Shown: positions 1 through 8,241, counted from the first letter of the stretch. The stretch is DNA of 34,016 nucleotides from a virus (IMGVR_UViG_2521172734_000003), one strand, 5' to 3'. Notes: generated from the sequence alone by a model not told the origin. Program-made: numbers and translations.

Positions 1-1020
1 CTACTTGCTAACCACGAGCGGCAGATCCAGTGTTGGTGTGATTTTTGTTTTACGATCGTAAATCAACACCTGATTTTCTGTTTTATGCCCGCTGAAAATT
101 TGTTTGTCGCGACTGCTGCCTTCGTAATCTGAGATCCCCTTGGCTTTTATGTCGTGAAAATTGCACCCGAACGGAACGCCAACTTTTTGCTCGGCTGAGC
201 GTTTAGCCTGATTCCACCAGTTGTTCAGCGTTTTAGCTATGACTTTCCCGCCTTTGGTTGTATTGATCACATATTCGCATGTACAGGAAGATACATTTCG
301 GGCTAACTGGATCGCTGTACGTAATCGCGGTGACCATTCCTTGATTTGTTTGGTGCCGGTTTTGTTTTGCTCAATGTAGATCCCTTTATCCATAATATCC
401 TGCCATTTCAACTCAAGCACATCACCGAGCCTTGCCGCACAGAGATAGGAAATCTCCATTGCAATGCGTAACTGTGGAATTGCTTCCGCATATATCGCTG
501 CATACTGTTCATCGGTGATGTAAACAGTGCGGGCTTTAAGAGAGAATTTTCTGACTCCTTTACATGGGTTATTCTTCACGTATCCACGCTCATATCCCCA
601 CCCGTATACTCGACTCAGGCTTGCCAGTTCATGATTTGCCTGGGTCTTGCTCTCAAGCCCTCGTTTATCCATGAAAATTCTTACCTGCTCAGTTTTGACA
701 TTATCAGCAAGCACTTTTCCGAATACCATCAGCAACGCCTTCTGATGTTGTCGATAATCTTTTTGGGTTCGGGGGGCCAGTTCTGTAAATGCAGGGGAGT
801 CCATAAACATGTGCCATAATTTAGCTACGGTCATTATGTTGTGGAGTTTTGCTTTTTCCAGTTCATAATTTTGCCAGACTTTAGCTACGCTGGTTTTCCG
901 CACTCTTCCTAGCCCTATAGTTCTTGTACTTCCTTCTGGTTTCCACACGTAACTGTAACCATTCGATCTAACCCGCGGTGGCAGTACATTATCTTTTTTA
1001 TTTTTTCTTGGTCTTCCCAT
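1..1020 (-). CDS. int: Tyrosine-type site-specific integrase (lambda Int family); complete ORF, stop at 1-3
   Basis: 339-aa ORF on minus strand; N-terminal basic arm-binding region and C-terminal catalytic region with conserved H..GH..Y context (FHDIKAKG, GHKTENQVLIY); position at prophage end with overlapping excisionase gene upstream. Call from recalled family features, no search run. Confidence 0.88.
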   Translation of the reverse strand: MGRPRKNKKDNVLPPRVRSNGYSYVWKPEGSTRTIGLGRVRKTSVAKVWQNYELEKAKLHNIMTVAKLWHMFMDSPAFTELAPRTQKDYRQHQKALLMVFGKVLADNVKTEQVRIFMDKRGLESKTQANHELASLSRVYGWGYERGYVKNNPCKGVRKFSLKARTVYITDEQYAAIYAEAIPQLRIAMEISYLCAARLGDVLELKWQDIMDKGIYIEQNKTGTKQIKEWSPRLRTAIQLARNVSSCTCEYVINTTKGGKVIAKTLNNWWNQAKRSAEQKVGVPFGCNFHDIKAKGISDYEGSSRDKQIFSGHKTENQVLIYDRKTKITPTLDLPLVVSK

Positions 1021-1240
1021 TGTTCAGCGCCTCAAAATCGGGTTCAGCAGAAACCAGTTCAGATGTTTTTGGCATCGTTGTCAGTCCGTGTGGAATATCC
1101 CTGCGTAGAACTATTGGTTCGTTTTTAGGACCGATTACAAATGGGATGCCGTGCAGTCTTAACTGGTGTTGCTGTTTTGTGTATCGCTCGTATTTCGTGA
1201 TCTCTTTAATCTCTGCTGGAGATAGAGTTAATTCGTACAT
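998..1240 (-). CDS. xis: Excisionase-like small DNA-binding protein (putative Xis)
   Basis: 80-aa ORF immediately upstream of int and overlapping its start by 23 nt, the usual xis-int arrangement; basic C-terminus. Family assignment is by position and size only. Confidence 0.55.
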   Translation of the reverse strand: MYELTLSPAEIKEITKYERYTKQQHQLRLHGIPFVIGPKNEPIVLRRDIPHGLTTMPKTSELVSAEPDFEALNNGKTKKK

Positions 1241-1307
1241 GTGGTCACGTGCCTTTACAGCATGACCGCCGCCACTATAGCTGGTGGGCGGCGATATGGG
1301 TTGAACA

Positions 1308-3779
1308 TTAAAAATCAGCCTGACTCGGGATCAGTTTTTGCCAGATAGCTGAAACGTATTTTGCCTGATAACGGGCGTCATCAAGTGCATTATGGCGCTC
1401 ACCTTCGAATGGGGTAGCAGTTCTGGCATCGAAGTCTATGGCTTTCCCCAGCTCAACGATTGTGCGTACATCGCGATCGTTGTAGTAACGCCACGGGCAG
1501 GGGATCCCCTGCCGTTCGTATGAACGGCGCAAAATCGTGTTGTCGAAGTTGGCTCCATTTCCCCAGACCTGAACAAAAAACTCACCGGAGTTTTCGTCGA
1601 TAAATTCCCGCAATTGTAACAGTGCATCATCTAACGGGATTTCATCGGTCATAATGGCAGACTGCGCTTCACGTGATTGCTTCAGCCACCTTTTAATGAC
1701 GTCACGATCAATGACTCCGCCAGCAGTTTCCAGATCGATAGTCTTACTAAATTCCGGTCCCATATCTCCGGTTTGCGGATCGAAAAATATTGCACCTATT
1801 GAGATAATCGGGGCATCAGGATTTTTTCCCATGGTTTCAAGGTCGATCATTAGATGGTCACACGTCCTGCTGGTGGATGTGATTTCTTGATGACCGTTCA
1901 CCTTAATTGAGTGATCTGCCGTCTCGCCAGTTTCATTATCGCTGGCGTGATCCTGAGCGCTGCCAGCATTCTCCTTGTGTGGATGTTCAGCGCCTTCCAT
2001 TTCCTTCGGATCATTTTCCTGAACTTCAACCTGATTCTCTTCATCGAATGTTTCCTGGTATGTTGCGTCACCCATCACCGCGCCACAATCAGGGCAGTTG
2101 CCGCCACCGCTTTGACCGCAGGCGGTGCAGACTTTTTCCGGTTCCTGTTGCGCTACTGGCTCAGGTTGTTTCGTTTCTGGCTCGTTTTGTTGCGTATTTG
2201 GGCTGTTTTGTTCCGCTTTCTGGTCGTTCTGTTCCGATTCTTGCTGGTTCTGGTTTACAGAATCGCGGGTTTCAATCCCCTTTACCCATTTCGGATCATT
2301 CGGGTCGCTAATCCCTGCAACAAATTCTCCGCGAGAGGCAGCAAGCAACTTATCGGCGTCAGGCTGGCTGATATTGGCTGCCTGCATAATTTTGTTTACT
2401 TCGTCAGCGGTAACTTTTACCGGCTCTGGTTGTGCGGTCGTGTCAGATGCACCAGTATTTTGTTGTGAACCTGAGTACGTGCCGTTTTTACGTGCGAAGT
2501 ATTCCTCTTTTGTGATTTCCGTAGCTCCCAAGGCTAGTGCTTTTTCCAGACCAGAAAGTTTGTTTGCGCGACCGTATTTTTCGCCATCCTTGTCGGTGAA
2601 GAGGAAGTAGAACGGCCCCTCACGCTCTACAGATGGTTCGACTTCCACTTTGCATTCGGTTTTTTCGTTGCCCGGAATTGCCGTTTCCACTGCATCAGTT
2701 TCTGGTACTGGCGACGAGAGAGTATCAGTTGCGCTCTGATTTCTTCCTTCATCTTCAAACACGCCCTTTGTAGTCAGGTATTCAGTAATGTATTTGTTCA
2801 GTGCCACAGGGTCTTTGTGAATGTCGATCGGACGTTCACGGACAAGGCCAAAAATAGTCTGGCGGTCGTAGCGAAGGGCATCAGGCTGTTTGCGCATTGA
2901 TGCCGAGATACGCTTCCAGTCTTCGCGGTCGTTGTCGATAACTTCATTTTTTGCCCAGCGATGGATGCTGCCGTCAATGTTTCCGGCATCCACATCACCA
3001 GGCCAGAGAGCGTAGGCCAGTTCGTCATCCAGTGTTTTCCATGTCTGCTTGTATTCGCGATGAATGGCAGCAATGACCGGGCTGATTTTTCCTGTTGAAT
3101 TTTCAGTGTGCTGTTGATTGGTTCTGGCGCGGGCGAGATCAACAACAGACGTGTATTTTCCGGTTTCCTTGCGTTCACCTTCGCGACGTTTTTTCCAGAT
3201 GCGCATCTCTGCCTGAATTTCGGGCCATTTGGCACCAGGCTTACATTTATGCTTAACCCACCCGATGGCATGCAGCTTAAGCTCCGGATACATGGCGTTA
3301 ACATCTGGCATTTTCATCAACGCTTCAACGATATGTCCGTCGAATGTTGCCATGTCTTCCTGCAACAATTCCTGTGCGCTAATAACCATATCAACGGTGA
3401 TGTTTTCACATGTGTCGAACTTAACCATGACAGCGTTCTGTACTTCAGGGGCCAGCTTGTCAAAAGTGACGTTCATCGGATCGGATTCAGTCTCAACCGG
3501 GACAAAGGAAGCAGACTCCTCATCCCAGCGGTTTTCCTGCATATATTCAGCATCCCAGGAATCGAGGGCAGGGCGGGGTATACCGGGTTTATCCTCGCAA
3601 ACAAGAAATTTATAAGCGCAGTCCTGAGCAGCCGGATAATGTTCCAGGAATTGCCAGTGAAATTTTGCGCGGGCGCGACGTTCATCACCGGCTTCAATGG
3701 CAGTGGCTACAGCGACGGCACCTTCTTCCTTTATTGCCTGTTCGTCCGGAATGGCGGCGCAAATAAAGACTTTACTCAT
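1308..3779 (-). CDS. Large early-left protein with internal Cys4 zinc ribbon and C-terminal DEDDh-type 3'-5' exonuclease domain (often annotated exodeoxyribonuclease VIII-like in E. coli prophages)
   Basis: 823-aa ORF; C-terminal DLETMG...NGANFD...HNALDDARY matches the DnaQ-like Exo I/II/III motifs; CTACGQSGGGNCPDCG zinc ribbon; a Q/E/N/P-rich low-complexity linker precedes it. No adjacent annealase (RecT/Bet) gene. Confidence 0.65.
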   Translation of the reverse strand: MSKVFICAAIPDEQAIKEEGAVAVATAIEAGDERRARAKFHWQFLEHYPAAQDCAYKFLVCEDKPGIPRPALDSWDAEYMQENRWDEESASFVPVETESDPMNVTFDKLAPEVQNAVMVKFDTCENITVDMVISAQELLQEDMATFDGHIVEALMKMPDVNAMYPELKLHAIGWVKHKCKPGAKWPEIQAEMRIWKKRREGERKETGKYTSVVDLARARTNQQHTENSTGKISPVIAAIHREYKQTWKTLDDELAYALWPGDVDAGNIDGSIHRWAKNEVIDNDREDWKRISASMRKQPDALRYDRQTIFGLVRERPIDIHKDPVALNKYITEYLTTKGVFEDEGRNQSATDTLSSPVPETDAVETAIPGNEKTECKVEVEPSVEREGPFYFLFTDKDGEKYGRANKLSGLEKALALGATEITKEEYFARKNGTYSGSQQNTGASDTTAQPEPVKVTADEVNKIMQAANISQPDADKLLAASRGEFVAGISDPNDPKWVKGIETRDSVNQNQQESEQNDQKAEQNSPNTQQNEPETKQPEPVAQQEPEKVCTACGQSGGGNCPDCGAVMGDATYQETFDEENQVEVQENDPKEMEGAEHPHKENAGSAQDHASDNETGETADHSIKVNGHQEITSTSRTCDHLMIDLETMGKNPDAPIISIGAIFFDPQTGDMGPEFSKTIDLETAGGVIDRDVIKRWLKQSREAQSAIMTDEIPLDDALLQLREFIDENSGEFFVQVWGNGANFDNTILRRSYERQGIPCPWRYYNDRDVRTIVELGKAIDFDARTATPFEGERHNALDDARYQAKYVSAIWQKLIPSQADF

Positions 3780-3870
3780 TTTTTTTACCTCATGACAGAT
3801 TTAAGGATGAACAAATCCCTGCCATTGCTGGCATATAAGAATGAAACCGGATATTTATTACGGAACTGTT

Positions 3871-4062
3871 TTAAAGACCTGCCGGGATTTCGATATTATC
3901 CTGGTGAATAACTTTATCGACCGGGTAACAGTTACCGGGAATTTTCTGTTCGGTTGCTGCAGTCATACACTCCTGCATTGTCCTGTGAACACTGACTGCA
4001 ATATCAACTGGCTCTCCGGAAACAAGAAAAACTGTCAGAACAAGCGCAAATGCAGAATTCAT
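3871..4062 (-). CDS. ydfD: YdfD-like small protein (Qin prophage lysis-associated protein)
   Basis: 63-aa product MNSAFALVLTVFLVSGEPVDIAVSVHRTMQECMTAATEQKIPGNCYPVDKVIHQDNIEIPAGL starting at the internal Met of the 81-aa ORF; start overlaps dicB stop in an ATGA arrangement; matches my recollection of E. coli YdfD almost residue for residue. Confidence 0.8.
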   Translation of the reverse strand: MNSAFALVLTVFLVSGEPVDIAVSVHRTMQECMTAATEQKIPGNCYPVDKVIHQDNIEIPAGL

Positions 4063-4247
4063 TGTGCACATCCTTTTGGCATCAGACGTAAACGAGCCAG
4101 CATTGAAACAATGCATATTTTATTTAATAGCTCCCGTTCTTGTTTTCTCTTGTTAATGGCATCTTCAGTAAATACAGGGTTACTGATAGTGACACCAATT
4201 TCAAAACAACCTTCAGACGTATTAACGTTTGGTAATAACGTTTCCAT
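4059..4247 (-). CDS. dicB: Cell-division inhibitor DicB
   Basis: 62-aa product METLLPNVNTSEGCFEIGVTISNPVFTEDAINKRKQERELLNKICIVSMLARLRLMPKGCAQ from the internal Met of the 97-aa ORF; matches recalled Qin-prophage DicB; dicF lies immediately upstream as in K-12. Confidence 0.85.
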   Translation of the reverse strand: METLLPNVNTSEGCFEIGVTISNPVFTEDAINKRKQERELLNKICIVSMLARLRLMPKGCAQ

Positions 4248-4416
4248 TATCGCGTCCTCAACAATGAATTTTGTGATGCGGTGCCTGGTGCCTCCAGGTG
4301 ACGTTAACCAGTTAACAATTAACGCCGGATACAGAGAATCCACCCATAACACTGTTTTTGGTTTTAACTGTTCCGCGTGCGCTCAGCCGCATTCACCGCA
4401 TCACAAAATTCACTTT

Positions 4417-4474
4417 AAAAAGGGCGGCAGAGCAGTCACGGAGTAAAACTGATACCGCCAAACGTCACCAGAAA
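4417..4474 (-). ncRNA. dicF: DicF small regulatory RNA (ftsZ-targeting antisense sRNA) with its intrinsic terminator
   Basis: Reverse complement of 4417-4474 reads TTTCTGGTGACGTTTGGCGGTATCAGTTTTACTCCGTGACTGCTCTGCCGCCCTTTTT, which matches the DicF sequence as I recall it; located between ydfC and dicB as in Qin. Confidence 0.8.
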
Positions 4475-4786
4475 ATTGATAACAGAGGGCGTTGCAGCGG
4501 GGTTGTCACTTAAGCGTATGGTCAACCTGACAACCCGGTGTCCTCAACGGGGGAAGGAATAACCCCGCCATACTTACCGCCGCACCATTTCGCGGATTGC
4601 CACAACCGGAAGCGCACGGTCGACGAAAATTTAACGACAGGCTATCTATGAACCAGCTACCTCGCCGTGCGCTTTCGCGTTATGGTCTGACTTTGCAGGG
4701 AAATTTCCTTTCAGTAAACTGTCTGTGCCGGATGCTCACCCGTGGAGAACTCCTTACTTACCAACCTTAGCTTCGTTGGTTAGCTA

Positions 4787-5005
4787 TTAACGCGGGTATG
4801 TAATCATTCTGGCAATGCTTAATGCCGCTGCTTTTTCCAGATTAGTGATATCCTGCTCCAGAGCGGACAGATTTTCAGCCTGCTTAGCCCTGGCTTCATT
4901 GGCCCATTTCAGATCCTGCGCTGCATTAATTTTCTGGTACGTCCACTCATAAAGTTCATCATCGGTATAGTCTGGCGCGATGATGACGGGTTCTCGTTTC
5001 TGCAT
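4787..5005 (-). CDS. ydfC: YdfC-like protein
   Basis: 72-aa ORF MQKREPVIIAPDYTDDELYEW... in the position and with the size of Qin ydfC. Confidence 0.7.
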   Translation of the reverse strand: MQKREPVIIAPDYTDDELYEWTYQKINAAQDLKWANEARAKQAENLSALEQDITNLEKAAALSIARMITYPR

Positions 5006-5034
5006 ACTGATTCCTCGCGGTGCTGTTTCGCTTA

Positions 5035-5163
5035 TCAGCCGTTAGATTTTGCCGAACTGGAAAGCGCCTGTTTAAATTCGTTGAAGCTGAGAGCTTCTTC
5101 GCCTTCGGCAAGACCTTCGAAGTATTCTTCGTAAGCCTTTTCCATGATTGTGTCGAAATCCAT
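5035..5163 (-). CDS. ydfB: YdfB-like small acidic protein (42 aa)
   Basis: Not in the ORF track (<60 aa). Reverse strand reads ATG GAT TTC GAC ... GGC TGA = MDFDTIMEKAYEEYFEGLAEGEEALSFNEFKQALSSSAKSNG; matches recalled YdfB; sits between ydfA and ydfC. Confidence 0.7.
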   Translation of the reverse strand: MDFDTIMEKAYEEYFEGLAEGEEALSFNEFKQALSSSAKSNG

Positions 5164-5164
5164 A

Positions 5165-5320
5165 TCACTCACCTGAGTTTCTTTCCAGCCAGCGACGGGC
5201 ACCATTTTCGGTTTTAAACGTTTTGCTTTTGGTATACGTCATCGCGGTGAACGTACCGTCCTGGTTGGGGAACACGCCACATACCAGAGATTCGCTGTTG
5301 CCAAGATCGATAGTATCCAT
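5165..5320 (-). CDS. ydfA: YdfA-like small protein (51 aa)
   Basis: Internal Met of the 78-aa ORF (MDTIDLGNSESLVCGVFPNQDGTFTAMTYTKSKTFKTENGARRWLERNSGE) preceded by a GAGGT Shine-Dalgarno; first gene of the dicB operon. Confidence 0.65.
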   Translation of the reverse strand: MDTIDLGNSESLVCGVFPNQDGTFTAMTYTKSKTFKTENGARRWLERNSGE

Positions 5321-5495
5321 GCTGACCTCATTTCCCCTTAACGCCGGGGTAGCGGAACAAAAACCTGCTGCATAGTTATTAAAGTTGAACCCTGCCGTCA
5401 TGTTCTTACGCCTCGGGCTGGCTACTTAACCCCTGACCACTGCCTGGTAACTCGAAGTATTGCCCTGCATTCTGTGGGGCGGGGTGGGTGGCAGG

Positions 5496-5546
5496 TATAT
5501 AATGTACTTTGTGTTCATTGTTGTAAAGTACATTTAGTACATTTTG
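5496..5546 (-). promoter_or_regulatory. Left operator/promoter region (OL/PL-like) for the dicB early-left operon
   Basis: Three copies of the heptamer ATGTACT/AGTACAT (5502-5508, 5527-5533, 5536-5542) in an AT-rich stretch between the repressor gene and ydfA; the same heptamer recurs twice in the right operator region. Confidence 0.4.
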
Positions 5547-5617
5547 TGTGTAAAAAAATGAGATGGGATAAAGTGAAGCACAAACCCGGAGGAAGGCGCT
5601 ACCGGATTTATGCTGGT

Positions 5618-6037
5618 TTAAGAGGCTTTTTGTTTTTTCTTTCGTGCTAACTCTTCGTAAATTGCATTGTACTTCTGTTTTTTCTCTTCAAGAGTTTTTA
5701 AAAGTTCATCTGTCTCACTGTCAGGGAGCTCGTCCAGAAGGTCAATGATGATTTTTTGTCTTGGATTTAACTCCTGATAGAAACGTACCTGTCCACTTTC
5801 TTCTGTATCCTCTCCCAAAAGATAGGTTGGTGTTGTTCCTATTAGTGTTGCTAATTCCCTTAATTTCTCCCGGCGAGGAATTGTTTCGCCATTAAACCAT
5901 TTGCTAACCGCTTTTGGTGTTAATTTCATTCGACGGGCAATTTCTGCCTGCCTTCCATGTTGTTCATAACCAGCGTTTTCACAGGCTAGCGCAAGCCTAC
6001 TGGCGAACTCTTTACGCGCTTTATCTTCATGAACCAT
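5618..6037 (-). CDS. Prophage repressor, XRE-family HTH (DicA/RacR-like CI analogue)
   Basis: 139-aa ORF with N-terminal HTH (QAEIARRMKLTPKAVSKWFNGETIP) and C-terminal region resembling recalled DicA (IIIDLLDELPDSETDELL vs ELLELFNALPESEQDTQL); divergent from a Cro-like gene. Confidence 0.75.
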   Translation of the reverse strand: MVHEDKARKEFASRLALACENAGYEQHGRQAEIARRMKLTPKAVSKWFNGETIPRREKLRELATLIGTTPTYLLGEDTEESGQVRFYQELNPRQKIIIDLLDELPDSETDELLKTLEEKKQKYNAIYEELARKKKQKAS

Positions 6038-6055
6038 AAGTTCAATGATATTCGC

Positions 6056-6095
6056 TCTTGAATGTACTGTCAGTTCTGTTATAGCATGTACTCAA
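6056..6095 (+). promoter_or_regulatory. Right operator/promoter region (OR/PR-like): -35 TTGAAT (6058-6063), 16-bp spacer, -10 TATAGC (6080-6085), flanked by two ATGTACT operator heptamers
   Basis: Heptamers at 6062-6068 (overlapping -35) and 6086-6092 (just after -10) in the 79-bp gap between repressor and cro-like gene. Confidence 0.45.
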
Positions 6096-6116
6096 AGTTC
6101 ACATTGTGAGGGTGAT

Positions 6117-6371
6117 ATGAACCAGAAAACACTTGAAGATGTAATCAAAACTGTTCGCGTTGCTGTTGTGGCCGACGTTTGTGGTGTCAGCCAAAGAGCA
6201 ATCTATAAATGGATGGATAACGGAAAATTGCCTCGCACAGAATATACCGGCGAAACAAATTACGCTGAAAAAATCGCTCTTGCATCAAACGGATTATTTT
6301 CTGCCGATGCAATTTTAACTATTGGCAGGAATAAAACTACTACGAAAAAGCTGATGGGAGTTGATTCATGA
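6117..6371 (+). CDS. Cro/YdaS-like HTH regulator (84 aa)
   Basis: Start at internal Met with GAGGGTGAT Shine-Dalgarno; HTH VCGVSQRAIYKWMDNGKLP; divergent from repressor; stop overlaps next gene start (ATGA). Confidence 0.7.
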   Translation: MNQKTLEDVIKTVRVAVVADVCGVSQRAIYKWMDNGKLPRTEYTGETNYAEKIALASNGLFSADAILTIGRNKTTTKKLMGVDS

Positions 6372-6793
6372 AAATCAAGCATGAACACATCCGCATGGCG
6401 ATGAATGCCTGGGCGCATCCGGACGGCGAAAAAGTACCGGCTGCGAAAATTACCAAAGCGTATTTCGAGCTGGGAATGACGTTCCCGGAACTGTATGACG
6501 ACAGCCATCCGGAAGCCCTGGCCCGTAATACCCAGAAAATTTTCCGCTGGGTGGAGAAGGACACCCCTGATGCTGTTGAAAAAATTCAGGCGCTGTTACC
6601 GGCGATCGAAAAGGCGATGCCGCCTTTGCTGGTGGCCCGTATGCGCAGCCACAGTTCTGAATATTACCGTGAGATCGTCGAACGGAGGGATCGGCTGGTG
6701 AAGGATGTCGATGATTTTGTTGCGTCAGCGGTTGTTTTGTATGACCAGATGAATCGCGGCGGCCCGGCAGGGAATGCTGTGGTGATGCACTAA
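6368..6793 (+). CDS. YdaT-like protein in the cII position (141 aa)
   Basis: Size and position match the Rac racR / ydaS-ydaT arrangement; family assignment is from position and size only. Confidence 0.5.
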   Translation: MKIKHEHIRMAMNAWAHPDGEKVPAAKITKAYFELGMTFPELYDDSHPEALARNTQKIFRWVEKDTPDAVEKIQALLPAIEKAMPPLLVARMRSHSSEYYREIVERRDRLVKDVDDFVASAVVLYDQMNRGGPAGNAVVMH

Positions 6794-6815
6794 AAGCACG
6801 GTGTTCGGGGGTTTT

Positions 6816-7778
6816 ATGAGCAGCAAGCTTCATGGTCTTGTCTGGGAAGGGTGCGCCTTCACCGGCATGATCTTATCCAGGGTGGCGGTTATGGCCCGTC
6901 TTGCAGACTACAGCAATGACGAGGGCGTGTCATGGCCTGCCATTGAAACTATCCGGCGTCAGATCGGTGCAAGAAGTGAATCCACAGTGAAATCGGCTAT
7001 TGCAGAACTGGCGAAAGAGGGCTGGCTGACGAAGGAAGAGCGTAAGGTCGGTGGGCGTAATGTAAGCAATATCTATCGGCTTAATGTGGAAAAACTCGAA
7101 GCAGCTGCGGCGGCGGCGCGTGAGTCATATAAACCGAAAAGAAAAATTAGCCCGGCAAAAAATGACCCGTTAACAGTTGACCCGTCAAATATTGACCCCT
7201 CAACGGTTGACCCGTCAAATTTTGATGGATCAACTGTTGATAAAAAACTGCCGATTAGGGGGCCGATGATTGACCCCGATCCGTCAGTATTAAAACCTGA
7301 TCCGTCAGATAAAAGATCTTCTTGTCCGGACGCTTCGCAACCGGACCCGCAGACGGCTGAACAGGATTTTTTAACCCGACACCCTGACGCGGTTGTGTTC
7401 AGTGCGAAAAAACGCCAGTGGGGAAGTCAGGAAGATTTGGTGTGCGCACAGTGGATCTGGGGACGAATCGTGAGTCTTTACGAGCAGGCGGCCAGCTATG
7501 ATGGCGAGATCACTAGACCGAAAGAACCCAACTGGACAGCATGGGCCAATGACGTTCGCACAATGCGGATGCTGGATGGCAGAACTCACAGACAAATTTG
7601 TGAAATGTTTGGGCGTCTCCAGCGGGATTCGTTCTGGGTAAAAAACATCATGAGTCCGGCAAAACTCCGGGAAAAATGGGATGAACTGGTTATCCGCCTG
7701 GGGCGTTCGCCTGCGCAGCGTTGCGTGAATCACATTTCTGAACCGGACACTGAAATTCCGCCGGGCTTCAGGGGGTAA
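6816..7778 (+). CDS. Replication initiation protein, lambda O-like with N-terminal HTH (start could also be 6801)
   Basis: HTH segment SWPAIETIRRQIGARSESTVKSAIAELAKEGWL typical of phage replication initiators; gene contains iteron-like DNA repeats as the lambda O gene contains ori. Confidence 0.65.
   Translation: MSSKLHGLVWEGCAFTGMILSRVAVMARLADYSNDEGVSWPAIETIRRQIGARSESTVKSAIAELAKEGWLTKEERKVGGRNVSNIYRLNVEKLEAAAAAARESYKPKRKISPAKNDPLTVDPSNIDPSTVDPSNFDGSTVDKKLPIRGPMIDPDPSVLKPDPSDKRSSCPDASQPDPQTAEQDFLTRHPDAVVFSAKKRQWGSQEDLVCAQWIWGRIVSLYEQAASYDGEITRPKEPNWTAWANDVRTMRMLDGRTHRQICEMFGRLQRDSFWVKNIMSPAKLREKWDELVIRLGRSPAQRCVNHISEPDTEIPPGFRG
7160..7310. repeat. Iteron-like direct/inverted repeats (TTGACCCGTCAA variants) inside the O-like gene; candidate replication origin
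   Basis: AGTTGACCCGTCAAAT, ATTGACCCCTCAACGG, GTTGACCCGTCAAATT, TTGATGGATCAACTGTTGAT, ATTGACCCCGATCCGTCAG, CCTGATCCGTCAGAT in about 150 bp; encoded peptide repeats DPSNIDPSTVDPSNFDGSTVD. Confidence 0.5.
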
Positions 7779-7818
7779 GTGTTAATTTCTGGTCATGAGG
7801 TAATTTTCAGGAGGGCTT

Positions 7819-8241
7819 GTGGCAAAAGTTTTTACACAAGAAGAGCGGGAAAAAATTAAAGGGCAGGTTCTTGAACTCGTACGCCAGAGTGGGCGTGAGA
7901 CGTTACGACAACTGGAAGCTAAAACTGGGGCAACAAGATATCTGATGAGCGTTCTGGCCAGAGAGCTGGTTGCCAGTGGCGATGTATACAACTCTGGTTA
8001 CGGGTTATTCCCGTCTGAGCAGGCGCGCAAGGACTGGCAAAACGCCCGCAAAAAACTCTCAAGGGCAAAGCTGAAGAAACCATCTGTGGTTGATCCGGAC
8101 CTTATCTGGCTATTACCAGACGGCGAAATACGCCGCTACGACAGGCGTCAGAACATAATCTGTCGCGAGTGCCGGAAGAGCGAAGTTATGCAGCGCATAT
8201 TGTCGTTTTATCAGGGTAATTTTCAGGAGGTAGCGCAGTGA
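7819..8241 (+). CDS. Hypothetical protein (140 aa), GTG start
   Basis: ORF preceded by GGTAATTTTCAGGAGG; stop overlaps next gene start. Confidence 0.55.
   Translation: MAKVFTQEEREKIKGQVLELVRQSGRETLRQLEAKTGATRYLMSVLARELVASGDVYNSGYGLFPSEQARKDWQNARKKLSRAKLKKPSVVDPDLIWLLPDGEIRRYDRRQNIICRECRKSEVMQRILSFYQGNFQEVAQ

Noticed and set aside
1911-3911. Several plus-strand ORFs (185, 161, 267, 128 aa and others) inside the exonuclease-like gene
   Set aside because: All are antisense to the long, intact 823-aa minus-strand gene; hydrophobic or low-complexity translations typical of antisense frames.
3841-4446. 201-aa plus-strand ORF over ydfD/dicB/dicF
   Set aside because: Antisense to dicB and ydfD, which match known proteins; overlaps the dicF sRNA.
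6260-6833. Minus-strand ORFs (82, 74, 127 aa) over the cro-like and YdaT-like genes
   Set aside because: Antisense to a translationally coupled plus-strand gene pair with good starts; no independent support.
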